Counted from the stretch's first letter, positions 16,762 to 27,700 are shown. The stretch: 64,000 nucleotides of DNA from Verrucomicrobiota bacterium (GCA_040386695.1 JAZKFB010000009.1:47436-111435); one strand, 5' to 3'. Translations and numbers: made by a program. Notes: a model not told the origin generated them from the sequence alone.

Positions 16762-18366
16762 TCACTTCCCGAAGCTGTCCATCACGTTGAGATTTCCGCC
16801 GGGAGAGGCGCTGCTGGAAGGGACAACAATGGGGGTGCTGAATCCGGGAGGCCGGAAATCGGAGGCGGGAATCCTCAGCTGTGTTCCCGCGGGCGGCGCC
16901 ATCGTGGTGTCCGGAACAGACCCGGAGCCCGGCCCGTCCGCCGGAGTCCCGAACGTGTCCGGAAAAGGATTAAGAGTGGTGGATCGGGACTGATCCAGTT
17001 TCTCCTGCATCCGGTCCAGCTCCGTCTGCTGCGCGGTTTTGAATCCGGAGGGTCCCGCTTCCCCTGCGCGGGATTCCGCAATCCTGCGCCCTGTTTCCTC
17101 CAGACGCTCCCGCTCCTCCGCGGAGAATTGCGGGGAACTGTCCTTGAAAACCGCGCTGAGAAGATGCGCCGCCGCCCAGAGGATCACAAACGCCCAGCGG
17201 CCGGAGGGCAGCCAGTCCCTTTTGGATTTCGGCCGGACCGCCGCCTGGGCCTGGCGCACCTGGGCCAGGGTTTGATTCAGAACCGGTTCCGGCACCACCC
17301 GCGTGACCAGCGGCCAGCCTTCCCATTCCTGACCGCACCCGGCGATGACGGACTGCAGGGCGGACATGTTTTCCGGGCGGCTCCAGTCCGCCTCCCCGTC
17401 GCCGGATTCAAACAACTGGTGCTCCCACACCCGGCGGTGCGGCAGGGAAAATGCGGCAAACACCTTGCCCGCCGCGCTGCGGAGTTCGATTTCCCGGACA
17501 ATCTGCTCCCGCACGCCGGGGCCGGTCTGACGGTAAAGCTCATCCGCCAGACGGCTGGCGATATGGGGCAGATGAAAGGCCGCCATCTGCGCCGTGAAGT
17601 GCATGGCGCGCAGCATCGCGGGATCGTTCGCGATTTTCTGGTCCAGCATCAGATTCGCCAGCTGCGTCAGGCGGTTCAGCAGCGTGATCTCCTCCCGCCA
17701 GGTCATCAGAATGCGGGCCGCGCAGCCGCCTTCCCCGTGCCCCATGAGCAGCAGCACATCCTGGGCATGAATCTGCGGCAGCAGCCGGAGACCGCGCTCC
17801 GTCTGGAACAGGGCATCCAGAACCACCACCCACGGAGCCGCCAGCGCCGCCGGGTCCTCCCGGACCATGTTGCGCAGCATGTTGAACTCCGGGGATTCCG
17901 GAGCCTGGGCCACCCGCCGCAGCCGTTGCCGCAGACGCTCGCAGCCTGACAGAAATTTCTCCGGCAGATCCGGAAAATCCTCCAGCCGCCGGGGCGCGGG
18001 GGCGGCTTCGGCCTCGTCCGGCGGTCCCGAAGTTCCGGAATTCGAATTCGATTCCAAATCCCCGTCCGGCCCGGACTCCGTCCCTGCGGAACCGTCGCCC
18101 GTTTTTGAAGAATCCGCCGCTTCCGGCACCATCGGCAAAACCGGCGGCTCCACCGTCACCCCGGCCGGCGATGATGGATTTTCCAAATCCTCCCGGACAT
18201 CCCGCAGCGCCTGATGATAGGCCTCACTCACCCGCTGAAACCCTTCCGGATCCTGATCCGGCCGGTGCCGCTTCAACAGCCGGGCGTAGGCGCGTTTCAC
18301 CTCGCGCTCGCCGGAGGCGCTCCGGTCCAGCTCCAGCAGTTCCCAGGGATCAGGGGGAAAATTCAT
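16762..18366 (-). CDS. J-domain protein with C-terminal membrane anchor (DjlC/DjlB-like)
   Basis: Start ATG 18366 (MNFPPDPWELLELDRSASGEREVKRAYARLLKRHRPDQDPEGFQRVSEAYHQAL = J-domain helices I-III). One TM near the C-terminus (WAFVILWAAAHLLSAVF). It lies downstream of the Hsp70 gene on the same strand. Confidence 0.8.
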   Translation of the reverse strand: MNFPPDPWELLELDRSASGEREVKRAYARLLKRHRPDQDPEGFQRVSEAYHQALRDVREDLENPSSPAGVTVEPPVLPMVPEAADSSKTGDGSAGTESGPDGDLESNSNSGTSGPPDEAEAAPAPRRLEDFPDLPEKFLSGCERLRQRLRRVAQAPESPEFNMLRNMVREDPAALAAPWVVVLDALFQTERGLRLLPQIHAQDVLLLMGHGEGGCAARILMTWREEITLLNRLTQLANLMLDQKIANDPAMLRAMHFTAQMAAFHLPHIASRLADELYRQTGPGVREQIVREIELRSAAGKVFAAFSLPHRRVWEHQLFESGDGEADWSRPENMSALQSVIAGCGQEWEGWPLVTRVVPEPVLNQTLAQVRQAQAAVRPKSKRDWLPSGRWAFVILWAAAHLLSAVFKDSSPQFSAEERERLEETGRRIAESRAGEAGPSGFKTAQQTELDRMQEKLDQSRSTTLNPFPDTFGTPADGPGSGSVPDTTMAPPAGTQLRIPASDFRPPGFSTPIVVPSSSASPGGNLNVMDSFGK

Positions 18367-18590
18367 AACAGCAGTTCCCGTTGTATCATCCGGCGGAAAA
18401 CCTGACAACCTTTAACCTGATTCCAAAAACCGGACTTCGGATAAAACGGCTTCCCGGGAGAAACCGGGCCCTTCACTCAAGCGGGCAAGGCCGCTCACCT
18501 CCGCTGAATCCGCAGTTGTCCACTGAATCCGTGCCATCCGTTATATCAGTGCCATCCGTGGCCCGTCAGAACCGGTTGTGGCTCAGGCCG

Positions 18591-20282
18591 TTAATTGCGC
18601 GGCTCCTGCTCCGAGCGGAAAAACGGAGCCAGAAACGAATCCAGATCCTCCGCCGTGGCCGCGATGGCTTTGTCATCGTGACATGAAAGCGCGGACTCGA
18701 ACTGGTCGATAAGCTGATTCAGGCTGGTCCGGATTTCGCCCGTGAGTTCCGCATACAACCGGTTCGCGCGCTCCAGCCGCGCCCGGTGCGGCGGCAGGTC
18801 GCGGGGCCGGATTTTCAGGGGCGCGAGACGGCGCATGGCCGCTTCAATCTGCTCCGGCGTCATGCTGCCGGGCCGGTCCTCGAAAATTTTGGACGTCTTT
18901 TTCCCCGTGGCCATCACCGTGATCTCCACCTCCAGAATGCCGCTCATGTCATAGGTGAAACGCACTTCCACCACGCCGGGCATCCGCTGCTCAGGCTGAT
19001 GCTTCATGCCCTTCACCACCAGTTCGCCGACTTTGCGGTTCTCCTTCACCATGCGGCTCTCGCCCTGATAGACCTCAATCCGCAGCTCGTCCTGCTCCGG
19101 ATGCAGGGTGCTGAAAGTGTCGCTGCGGCTGACGGGCACCGTGGTGTTGCGGTCGATCAGGGGCTCGAAAAATCCGGACTCATGACGGCCCGGCATCAGC
19201 GCTTTGGCCACGGCCACGCCGAGGGTGTGCGGGCAGACATCCGTGAGCACCAGATCGCTCACCGCCTCATTGCCCGCGACCAGGGCCTGCTGCACCGCCG
19301 CGCCCATGGCCACCACGCGGTCCGGATCCAGATCATTCCGCAGGGTGCAGCCCAGCATTTCCCGGATGCCCTCGCCGACCAGGGGCATCCGCGTGGCTCC
19401 GCCGACCAGGAGCACGGAATCCAGATGCTGCGCCGTGATCCCGCCATCGCGCAGACAGCGCCGCACCACCGGCCAGAGACGGGCGGTCAATTCCAGGGTG
19501 GCGTTTTTAAAATCCTCCGGGCTCACCCACAACGAGCCTTTTTCCCATGTGAATTCCTGCGGCAGTCCCGCGCTGAGGCCGCGTTTCAAAGTCTCCACCT
19601 GCACCCGCAGACGCCCGGTTTTCAACTTGGCGGCGGGCAGTCCCGTTTTTTTCGCCAGCCAGTCCGCCAGCAGATCCGTGTAATCCTCGCCGCCCAGACG
19701 GCTTTCGCCGGACGAGGCTTTGACCTCCACCACGCCGTCAAACACCTCCAGCACCGTCACATCAAAGGTCCCGCCGCCGAGGTCAAACACCATCAGCGTG
19801 GAGTCGTCGCCCGGCCGCTGAAACCCCCAGGCCAGCGCCGCCGCCGTGGGCTCGTTCACCAGGCGCTCCACTTTCAATCCCGCGATTTTCGCCGCGTCCA
19901 CCGTGGCCTGGCGCTGAGGGTCGTGAAAATACGCGGGCACCGTGATCACCGCGCTCTCCACCGGTTTGCCAAGGCGCAGTTCCGCGATGCGTTTCATCTC
20001 CCGCAGAATCGCCGCCGAGCACTCGATGGGATTCCACTTCCGCCCGCCGAAGGAATACTGGGCGTCGGTTCCCATGTCCCGTTTGAAAAACGCCCGCCCC
20101 GCCTCCGGAGCCGCGATCAGCCGGTCCCGCGCCGCCCGGCCGGTCAGAATGGTGCCGTCCTCCGCCACCGCGACCACGCTGGGCGTGAGGGTGTCGCCGA
20201 ATTCATTCTCCAGAATCTCCGGTCCCTTCTCCCCGAGAACGGAGACAAGGCTGTGCGTGGTTCCCAGATCGATGCCTATCAT
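18591..20282 (-). CDS. hscC: Hsp70-family chaperone, HscC-like
   Basis: MIGIDLGTTHSLVSV, ITVPAYF...QRQAT..A..IAGL.V.RL.NEPTAAALA, FDLGGGTFDV, LVGGATRMP, length about 563 aa with a short HscC-like C-terminus. The track ORF (to 21434) has a Gly/Arg-rich false extension. Confidence 0.92.
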   Translation of the reverse strand: MIGIDLGTTHSLVSVLGEKGPEILENEFGDTLTPSVVAVAEDGTILTGRAARDRLIAAPEAGRAFFKRDMGTDAQYSFGGRKWNPIECSAAILREMKRIAELRLGKPVESAVITVPAYFHDPQRQATVDAAKIAGLKVERLVNEPTAAALAWGFQRPGDDSTLMVFDLGGGTFDVTVLEVFDGVVEVKASSGESRLGGEDYTDLLADWLAKKTGLPAAKLKTGRLRVQVETLKRGLSAGLPQEFTWEKGSLWVSPEDFKNATLELTARLWPVVRRCLRDGGITAQHLDSVLLVGGATRMPLVGEGIREMLGCTLRNDLDPDRVVAMGAAVQQALVAGNEAVSDLVLTDVCPHTLGVAVAKALMPGRHESGFFEPLIDRNTTVPVSRSDTFSTLHPEQDELRIEVYQGESRMVKENRKVGELVVKGMKHQPEQRMPGVVEVRFTYDMSGILEVEITVMATGKKTSKIFEDRPGSMTPEQIEAAMRRLAPLKIRPRDLPPHRARLERANRLYAELTGEIRTSLNQLIDQFESALSCHDDKAIAATAEDLDSFLAPFFRSEQEPRN

Positions 20283-20600
20283 AACGCCGGATTCTGACGG
20301 CGGACCCCGCACGCTGCAAGGGGAGCGGGAAGACAGGGACACCGCGGGAAATCTGGAGCTTGCTCCCGCTTTGGAAAAGGGGGCTTGCCCCCGCCGCGTG
20401 AATCGCCGCTCAACCGGCGAATAACATTTCAGGGCGCCGGGCGCGGGGCAAGCCCCGCTGGAGAAAGCGGAGGCAGGCCATCCGCACTCCAAAAAAATCC
20501 GGCAGTTGCTCAATAACGTAAACCGGCCATTTCCAGCCGAAGGAGCAATTTCCAAAAATTCCTGTCCGGTCCGCGGGCTCCGGCGGCGATATTCCGGTGA

Positions 20601-22796
20601 ATGCCCGCGCCTGATCCGAATTTCACCCGCTTCGCCGCCACCGGGGACGCCGAAGCGTTCCGCGCCCTTGTGGAGGAGCACCTGCCGATGGTTCAGGCCG
20701 TGGCCTGGCGGCGGCTGGGGGAAAATGCGCATCTGGCGGCGGATGTGTCGCAGGCGGTGTTCACGCGGCTGGCAAGGGTGGCGCGCGGGCTGCCTTTGAA
20801 TTTGATCCTCGCCGCGTGGCTGCACCGTCAGGCGGTGCGCCTGGCCATCGACACTGTGCGCTCGGAAACCCGCCGCCGTCTCCGCGAATCCACCGCCGCC
20901 GCCATGCTCCAGTCCTCCCGCGATGACGATCCCGATTCCCCCGCCCCGCCGCCCGCCTGGCAGCGGATCGCGCCGCTGCTCGACGAGGCCATGGACCGTC
21001 TGCCGGAAGCCGACCGCGCCGCCCTCGTGCTGCGGTTTCTGGAGGACCGCGATTTCGCCGCCGTCGGCTCGGCCCTGAAAACCTCGCCCGAAGCCGCGCG
21101 CAAACGCGTTGCCCGCAGTCTGGAAAAACTCCGCGCGCTCCTCAGCCGTCGCAGCGTCGCCCTGCCCTCCGCCGCCGTCCTCGCCGCCTGTCTTGCCCAG
21201 AATCACGCCCAGGCCCAAGCCCATTTCCTGACCGCCGCCGCGGGCACCGCATCCGCATCCGCCGCGAAGCTGTCGGCCGCCGCCATTTCCAAAACCGCCC
21301 TTACCGCCGCCACATCCACCACCGGAGCCGCCGCCAGCACCGCTGTCCTCACCACCTTTTTTATGTCCCACCTCACCTCCGCCGGAGTCGGCGCGGCTCT
21401 CATACTGATCGCCGCCGGGTTTTTCCATCAGCATCAGGAAGTGGAAATAAACCGCCGCCTTTCCACCGCCGCCGTCCCGGTTTCGCCGCCCGCCCTGTCC
21501 GCCGCCTCCCGGAAGGAAGCGCTTCCTGGCCGCCCGGGATCAGGCTTCTCCGGCCAAGCCGCTGAGGAGAACGGTCCCGGAACCCTGGCCGAAATCATCA
21601 ATGCTCTGGAAACCATCACAACCGGACCCGACGACCCCCTGGCCAGCCTGCGGATCGCCCTCCTTCTGAGAAAGGTTCCCCCCGCGCAGTATCTGGAATT
21701 TTACCTCACCGCTGAAAACCGGCTTCCTCCTCCGCGCTGGCGGACTGTCGTCTGGCGCTCCATCAGTGAATGGTCCCCGGTCGATCCCGGGGCTTTGTGC
21801 ATGGCCCTGTTTGATTCCGACAGCGCCAAAAAAGATCTGCTCCGGGAGAGCAAAGTGCGGTCCTCCCTGGCGCTGAACAGCCTGATCCTCGAGGCCCGCA
21901 CGGAGGGCGGCATGACGCTGAGAAGGATGTACCCTGAACCCTTCCGGGAATGGTTGAGGCGCGACCTTCCCGCTGCCGTGCGATGGGTGCAAAAGAACGC
22001 CGCAACGCCCATGCTCCGGTTCAGAATGGACATGTTCCAAAACAAGGCGCTGTCGGCGGACCTTCTGGAAATGGCCGCCGGGCAGCTTTCTCCGGGAGCC
22101 TCCGCCGACACCCTGAGGACTCTGGCTGGCGTGTCCCCGAATCCCGATCTTCACCGCTCCTGGGCCGCTGGCCAGTTGAAGGAAGGCCGGCCTTTCGAGG
22201 AAGCCATCACCCAGGCCGGCGGACCGCTGGAGGTCCGCGCCCTGAGCACTCAACTGGCGCTGAAAGATCCTGACGCCCTCCGGTCCTGGGTGCGCGGGGC
22301 CCCGGCGGATTCCCCCGCCAAATTTGACGCTGCCCTGGGCCTGGTCGGAGCTCCGGCCCTGGAGAGTGTCAGCGGCAGCAGCATGAGAACCCTGGAAGGC
22401 GCTGAATACCGGGACCGCGCGGCTTTCGCGCTGGAGCATTCGGGCGCGGTTCCCAGAAGTGAGGCCTTGAGGGAAATTGCCGGCGCCTGGGTGCGAGCGT
22501 CCCCTGAAGGCATGAAGGAACTCCGGGACTGGGTGAACAAATCCGGACCGCCCGGGGAAACGCAAAGCGCCCTGGAGACCGCCGCGCGTCTGCTTTCGCA
22601 AAACTGGCGGAAGCTTCCCGAAGCCATGGCCTTTGCCGCCGATGTCGCCGATCCCGCCCGGCGCGATTCCCTGCTGCGCGGGATGTTTCTCCGCTGGCGG
22701 GACACTGATCCCACCGCCGCCGCTAAATTTCTGACCACCGCCCCGCCTCCTGCCGCCGCCGTGCTGGAAGCTGTGATCCCCGCCGAACAGCCGTGA
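20601..22796 (+). CDS. ECF sigma-70 factor fused to a TM segment and a large W-x3-DP-x2-A-x2-W repeat domain
   Basis: Region 2: FRALVEEHLPMVQAVAWRRLG..AADVSQAVF..L...AWLHRQAVRLAIDTVR. Region 4: LPEADRAALVLRFLEDRDFAAVGSALKTSPEAARKRVARSLEKLR. TM: GVGAALILIAAGFF. Then about 440 aa with repeats such as FREWLRRDLPAAVRW, MFLRWRDTDPTAAAKF. Confidence 0.85.
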   Translation: MPAPDPNFTRFAATGDAEAFRALVEEHLPMVQAVAWRRLGENAHLAADVSQAVFTRLARVARGLPLNLILAAWLHRQAVRLAIDTVRSETRRRLRESTAAAMLQSSRDDDPDSPAPPPAWQRIAPLLDEAMDRLPEADRAALVLRFLEDRDFAAVGSALKTSPEAARKRVARSLEKLRALLSRRSVALPSAAVLAACLAQNHAQAQAHFLTAAAGTASASAAKLSAAAISKTALTAATSTTGAAASTAVLTTFFMSHLTSAGVGAALILIAAGFFHQHQEVEINRRLSTAAVPVSPPALSAASRKEALPGRPGSGFSGQAAEENGPGTLAEIINALETITTGPDDPLASLRIALLLRKVPPAQYLEFYLTAENRLPPPRWRTVVWRSISEWSPVDPGALCMALFDSDSAKKDLLRESKVRSSLALNSLILEARTEGGMTLRRMYPEPFREWLRRDLPAAVRWVQKNAATPMLRFRMDMFQNKALSADLLEMAAGQLSPGASADTLRTLAGVSPNPDLHRSWAAGQLKEGRPFEEAITQAGGPLEVRALSTQLALKDPDALRSWVRGAPADSPAKFDAALGLVGAPALESVSGSSMRTLEGAEYRDRAAFALEHSGAVPRSEALREIAGAWVRASPEGMKELRDWVNKSGPPGETQSALETAARLLSQNWRKLPEAMAFAADVADPARRDSLLRGMFLRWRDTDPTAAAKFLTTAPPPAAAVLEAVIPAEQP

Positions 22797-22867
22797 CCGC
22801 CGGCCCGCCCACCCCGTTCGCCGCCGCTGCTCCCGCGCTGGAAGCACGGGCCACTTTTGAAATCCTT

Positions 22868-24169
22868 ATGAACCGATCCTTTCTTGCCGCCACTGCCGGG
22901 GCCGCCACCGCCGCGGCGCTGGTCGCCATTCCCCTGATGCTGCAGCAGCGCCGGGCGGCCGCCAGCCTTCGCTTTCCAAGCCGTGGGATTCCTGCCAACG
23001 CAACCGCCCCCACGCCGCCGGAAACGGTGCTGTGGCAATGGAAAGCCGTTCAGGAAACCGGCTCCAAAGCAGACGCGGAGCTGCGGGCCGCCGAGTCAGT
23101 CCAGCATCTGAGCGCCGCCGAATGCCGCGCCGCCGCTGAGCAAACGCTGGCCGCAGGGGACAAATCTCCGCTGGCCGACCTGCTGGGCCGCTGGGCCTCG
23201 CTGGATGGAAAAGAAGCTTTCGCCTGGCTGGCGGAACACCCGGAACTGCTGGACGGAGTCATCGACAACGCCGGTCCCGCGTGGGCGGCATCAGACCCGG
23301 CGGGTTACGCCGCCTGGCTGCCCGGCTACCGTGTCGGCCCGGAAGCCAAAAGGTCCGGCCGGGGACGTCTGCCGGAGTTTGGAGCCGATTACATGCGCTA
23401 CAAATCCTCGCACTGGCTGGCCGCTTACGACCTTCCCGCCGCCATCCGCATCACCATGGAAAAAGTCCATGCCGCCGGCATCTCCCACCTTTATATCAAC
23501 CGCACGGAGCTTTCCCCTTTCATCCGCACGGCAAAAGACGCGGAAGCTCTTGGAGCGGAGATCGCGGCCCACCCGGAATGGGCGACGGATCTTCCGCGGG
23601 AAAAATCGCTGCGGGTGCTCGTGGCCCTGCGGGAGTGCTGGCAGGACCTTGACCCGGATGGCTGGGACCGCTGGGCGGAGGCGCATCCACTTTTTGCCGC
23701 CAAAGCGGAAAACGAGCCCGTGAGGCCGGCTCTCACTTTTCTCCGTGCCCGGGACCCGCAGGCCGCCGCTGATAAAATCCTCGCCACCGCCCCGCCGGAA
23801 AAACAGGCCGAAACCCTGGACGGTCTGATGCGTCTGTGGACGGAAACCGACCTCAACGCCGCTGGAACCTGGCTCAGCGCACAGCCGGAAAGCCCTGAAA
23901 AATGGAATGCCGTCCAGACCTTCGCCCTCGCCGCTGTAAAGGACGACCCCGAGGCCGCCCTGCAATGGGCCGCCAGCATTCCCGACTCCGCGCTGCAGGC
24001 CCGCGCCCGGCGCCGCGTCCTTGCCCACTGGGCCGACACCGATCCCGACGCCGCCAGCGCCTGGCTTTCCAGCTCGGGCTGGAGCGGATCACAACTCCAG
24101 GCCGCCCGGGACATCCTTGCCGCCGGGAAGCCAGGAGGACCTGAGGAAGCGCCAGTGCGCCATCAATGA
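22868..24169 (+). CDS. membrane-anchored W-x3-DP-x2-A-x2-W repeat protein (paralog 1)
   Basis: MNRSFLAATAGAATAAALVAIPLML anchor. Repeats LLGRWASLDGKEAFAWL, PAWAASDPAGYAAWL, RLWTETDLNAAGTWL, VLAHWADTDPDAASAWL. An alternative GTG start at 22793 overlaps the sigma stop (GTGA). Confidence 0.75.
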   Translation: MNRSFLAATAGAATAAALVAIPLMLQQRRAAASLRFPSRGIPANATAPTPPETVLWQWKAVQETGSKADAELRAAESVQHLSAAECRAAAEQTLAAGDKSPLADLLGRWASLDGKEAFAWLAEHPELLDGVIDNAGPAWAASDPAGYAAWLPGYRVGPEAKRSGRGRLPEFGADYMRYKSSHWLAAYDLPAAIRITMEKVHAAGISHLYINRTELSPFIRTAKDAEALGAEIAAHPEWATDLPREKSLRVLVALRECWQDLDPDGWDRWAEAHPLFAAKAENEPVRPALTFLRARDPQAAADKILATAPPEKQAETLDGLMRLWTETDLNAAGTWLSAQPESPEKWNAVQTFALAAVKDDPEAALQWAASIPDSALQARARRRVLAHWADTDPDAASAWLSSSGWSGSQLQAARDILAAGKPGGPEEAPVRHQ

Positions 24170-24209
24170 TACAAGGACCTGAATGGAAAACGCCGGAGGA
24201 GTTTCGCCT

Positions 24210-24716
24210 CTAATCCACATCAATCCGCGCCGGGAATCCGGGGCAAAGCCCGGACTGGACCACTGACTCCGGCGCGCTGAGCGCGGTGAAAAACTCCATG
24301 TTTCCCGCCTCGTCGCAGAGCCAGACCTCCTGCGCGCCTTTGGCGTAATAGAGCGTCATTTTCGCCAGCATCTCCTCCCGGCTGTTGGAGGGGGACAGAA
24401 TCTCCACGCAGATCTCGGGGGCGACGGGCAGGGCGGTGCTGCGTTTGTGCGGTTCCCAGCGCTCCCTCGACATCCAGCCCACATCAGCTACCCGCACCCC
24501 TTCGCTGGTACGGACGGGAGCTTCATTGATGATCTTTCCCTGCGGCAGAAGAATGCCCAGCATTTTCCCGATCTCGTATTCATAATTTCCATGCCAGGCG
24601 GATGCGGGACTCATGATGATCTGGTTACTCCGGTTGGTTTCGATTTTGTAAGGCAGGTCCTGCAATGAGCGGTCCTCCAGAATGTCCTCCCAAGTCATGG
24701 CTTTCATGCGTGACAA
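24210..24716 (-). CDS. Uma2-family (DUF820) putative endonuclease
   Basis: 168 aa. ..RVADVGWMS...PEICVEILSPSNSREEMLAKMTLYYAKGAQEVWLCDEAGNMEFF matches the Uma2 PD-(D/E)xK-like core (D...E.lSpsn....K...Y...G..e.W). GC is lower than in the neighbours. Confidence 0.82.
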   Translation of the reverse strand: MSRMKAMTWEDILEDRSLQDLPYKIETNRSNQIIMSPASAWHGNYEYEIGKMLGILLPQGKIINEAPVRTSEGVRVADVGWMSRERWEPHKRSTALPVAPEICVEILSPSNSREEMLAKMTLYYAKGAQEVWLCDEAGNMEFFTALSAPESVVQSGLCPGFPARIDVD

Positions 24717-24736
24717 ATACCGTCATCCGGGGTTTT

Positions 24737-27700
24737 ATGCAAACCGCATCCCCCTCCGCCATGAATGCCGGTTTTCTCCGTTCAGGATTTTCCGCCGCGC
24801 TGCTGTGGCTGGCGGGCACTTCCCTTCTCCGCGCGCAGACGCTGACTCCCATTCCTCCCGCCGCGCCGGGCCAGCCGCTGAGGCTGGAGAGTCCGCTTCA
24901 ATCCGGCAAACTGCTCCAGCTCGACGCCTCGCCGGATCTGTCCGGCTGGACGGAGATCGGCCGCTTCCACGATGCGCTGTTTCCCTATGCCGATGGCGGC
25001 GCATCGGGTGCCGGGGCGGCTAGGCGATTTTACCGCCTGCGCTCCTCCGTGCGGGTGGTGGCGGACGACTGGAAAAATCAGCTCCTGTTCCCGGAGGACG
25101 TCTTCCGGTCCCCCGAGGGCGACGGCGGGACGGTGCGCTGGGTGAAGTTCGCCCTGCGCCCCGAGGAGCCGTGGCGGGTGTATTTTCAGGACAGCGTGCG
25201 CTATCCCTTTCACTACGAATTCGCCACTTCCCGCCTGTCCCCGTTCGCCGGCATGACGCGGCCGCAGTTCGACGCCGTCTCCCTGCGCCGCGCCGGGCAG
25301 CGGGTGGTGCTGGGAGCGGTGCTGTTTCCGCCGCGCCCGAGTTTTCGGGAATACGCCGTGCAGTTCGTTGGCCTGGATGCCTACACGCCGGCGGAGGTCG
25401 GCGGGTGGTTTGCCTCCGTGAAAAACGCGGTTCACGCGGACAACGGCGGCGCGGGCGCGCTTTACATGCCGGTGTTTGAGCAAAGCGAGACCGCCAGGCG
25501 CGATGCGGAGGCCTTGGCCGCGCTGGGCGTCACCGTGGCTTCGGTGGACCGCTGGGTTCTGGGGCACCACATTTATTCGGCGGGCTGGGCGCTGGGACGG
25601 CTGAAGTTTTTTCCGTCAGGGGAAATCACCGCCGCCTTCACGGACGGACGGCTGCTGCCCACCGACATTCTCCTCACCGACGGCGTGCCTGCGGAAACCC
25701 CGCCGGTCGCGGGCATCATTTCCCTGACGCCCGCCACGCCCAACAGCCACACCGCCATCCTCGCGCAGTCCTTCGGCATTCCCTTCATCCACCTGCCGGA
25801 TGCCGCCGACCAGACCCGCGTCCGCGCCCTCGACGGACGGAAAGTGATCCTGCGCGCCCAGATTCAATACGAATCCGGAACCGTGAAGCTGATTGATGTT
25901 CACGAGACCCTGCCTCCGGCGGTGGAGGCCGAGCTTCTCGCCCTGAAAGCCCCGCAGCCGATTCTTTACACCCCGAAGCAGACACGCGGCGCGATCAGCG
26001 CCGACGTCACCAGTCTTCAGCCGGCGGACATCCGCTTCTTCGGAGGAAAAGCGGTGAACTACGGCCTCCTGCGCCGCGCCATTCCCGCGAACTGTCCGCA
26101 GGGAGTCGGTTTTACATTCGATCTCTGGGACGCTTTCATGGAGCAGACGCCGCCTGGCTTCAGCCGCCCGCTGCGTCAGGAAATCGCCGCGCGCCTGGCT
26201 CCCCATTCCACCTGGCCGCCGCAGATGGCAGCCATGAAATCGGCCTTGGCCGGCGTCCGGGAGCTGATCCGCCGCACCGCCGTTTTCCCGGAGGCGCAGC
26301 GTCAGCCGGTTTTTGATGCTCTGGCCAATTTCACGCCCGCCCGGAAAATCCGCTTCCGCAGCTCCACGAATGTCGAGGACGGCGCCACCTTCACCGGCGC
26401 GGGCCTCTACGACAGTTACAGCGGCTGCCTTCTGGACGATCTTGATCCCGACAGCGCCGGTCCCTGTCTCTGCGAACCCGGCGAGCCGGAGGAACGCGGT
26501 GTTTTCCGCGCCATCCAGCGGGTTTACGCCAGTTTTTACAACGACAACGCCTATCTCGAACGCCTGCGCCACGGCGTCGTGGAGTCCGAGACGGCGATGG
26601 GAATTCTGGCGCATCATTCCTTCCCCGATGAGGAGGAACTGGCCAACGGTGTGGCCGCGCTGGAATACCGTTACACCTTTTCCCAGACTGTTTCCGGCCC
26701 CATGGTCACGCAGGCCGGGGCGGAATCCGTGACCAATCCGGCGGGCGGCTCACTGCCGGAAATCGTGGATCTCTTCCGCTATGCCGCCACCACCACCCTG
26801 ACGCCGAAACAGGGTTCCTCGCGGCTGCCCCTGGGCGCGCAGGTGCTGACCTGGCAAAAGGATTACACCGGCTTCTCGGATCTTTTCAAAACGGTGGGCG
26901 ACGCCTGGCGGCAGCGCACGCCTGACAGAACCACCTTCAGTCTGGATTTTGAATACAAGAAGGATAAAAACCTCGGCCTGATCGTGAAACAGGTCCGCGA
27001 AATTCCCGCCGCGCCCGCCGGTTCCACCATTCCCTGGCTGATTGAGGAGCCGGTGATTCTTCAAGTCGCGCAGCGGGAATACGGCAATGTTTTCGCCAAT
27101 CACCGCCTGAAATCCGTCTGGAATCTGCGCACCGCCAATGGCCGGATCACGCCCGCGTTTCTGGCCGTCGGTCTTTACCGCACCGGCAGTCTGGAGCATG
27201 TGGAGAGCAGCGCGCGCCAAACCCTCTCCGGTCCTCTCTCCGTCTGGCCGGGCGCGACACTCTCCCCGGCTGGAACCCTGCATGGTTGGACCACCGGCAG
27301 TGGAGCGGGCCTTCGTCGCTGGAGCCTGGACACCGCCGTCACCACCACGGTGACCGGAAAAACGCCTCCGCTTTTCACAGCGTCCGATTTCCCCGTCACC
27401 CTCAGCGTCACCCACACCACGCCCCAGCCGCTGACCGAGTATAACGGCAACTTCCTCACCACCACCGAGGACAACGCGGCCCTCGAAACTCCGCGTGCGG
27501 TGACCCCCGGCTGCATCCCCGTCGAACGCCTGCTGGAAAACGGCAAAGGCATCAGCGTGCGCACCCGTTTCCTCTGGCCGGACGAGCCGCCCACCGCCGG
27601 CGGCTACACCGCGCCCCTGGTGAAATTTGAATCCACCACCATCACCGGCCTAGTTTCGAAACCCATCACCCTGACCAGCTACTGGTCCCAGACCTACCGC

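Noticed and set aside
20283-21434. N-terminal 384-aa extension of the Hsp70 ORF (track ORF 18591..21434)
   Set aside because: The extension is Gly/Arg-rich and overlaps the ECF sigma gene on the other strand. The canonical Hsp70 N-terminus MIGIDLGTT starts at 20282.
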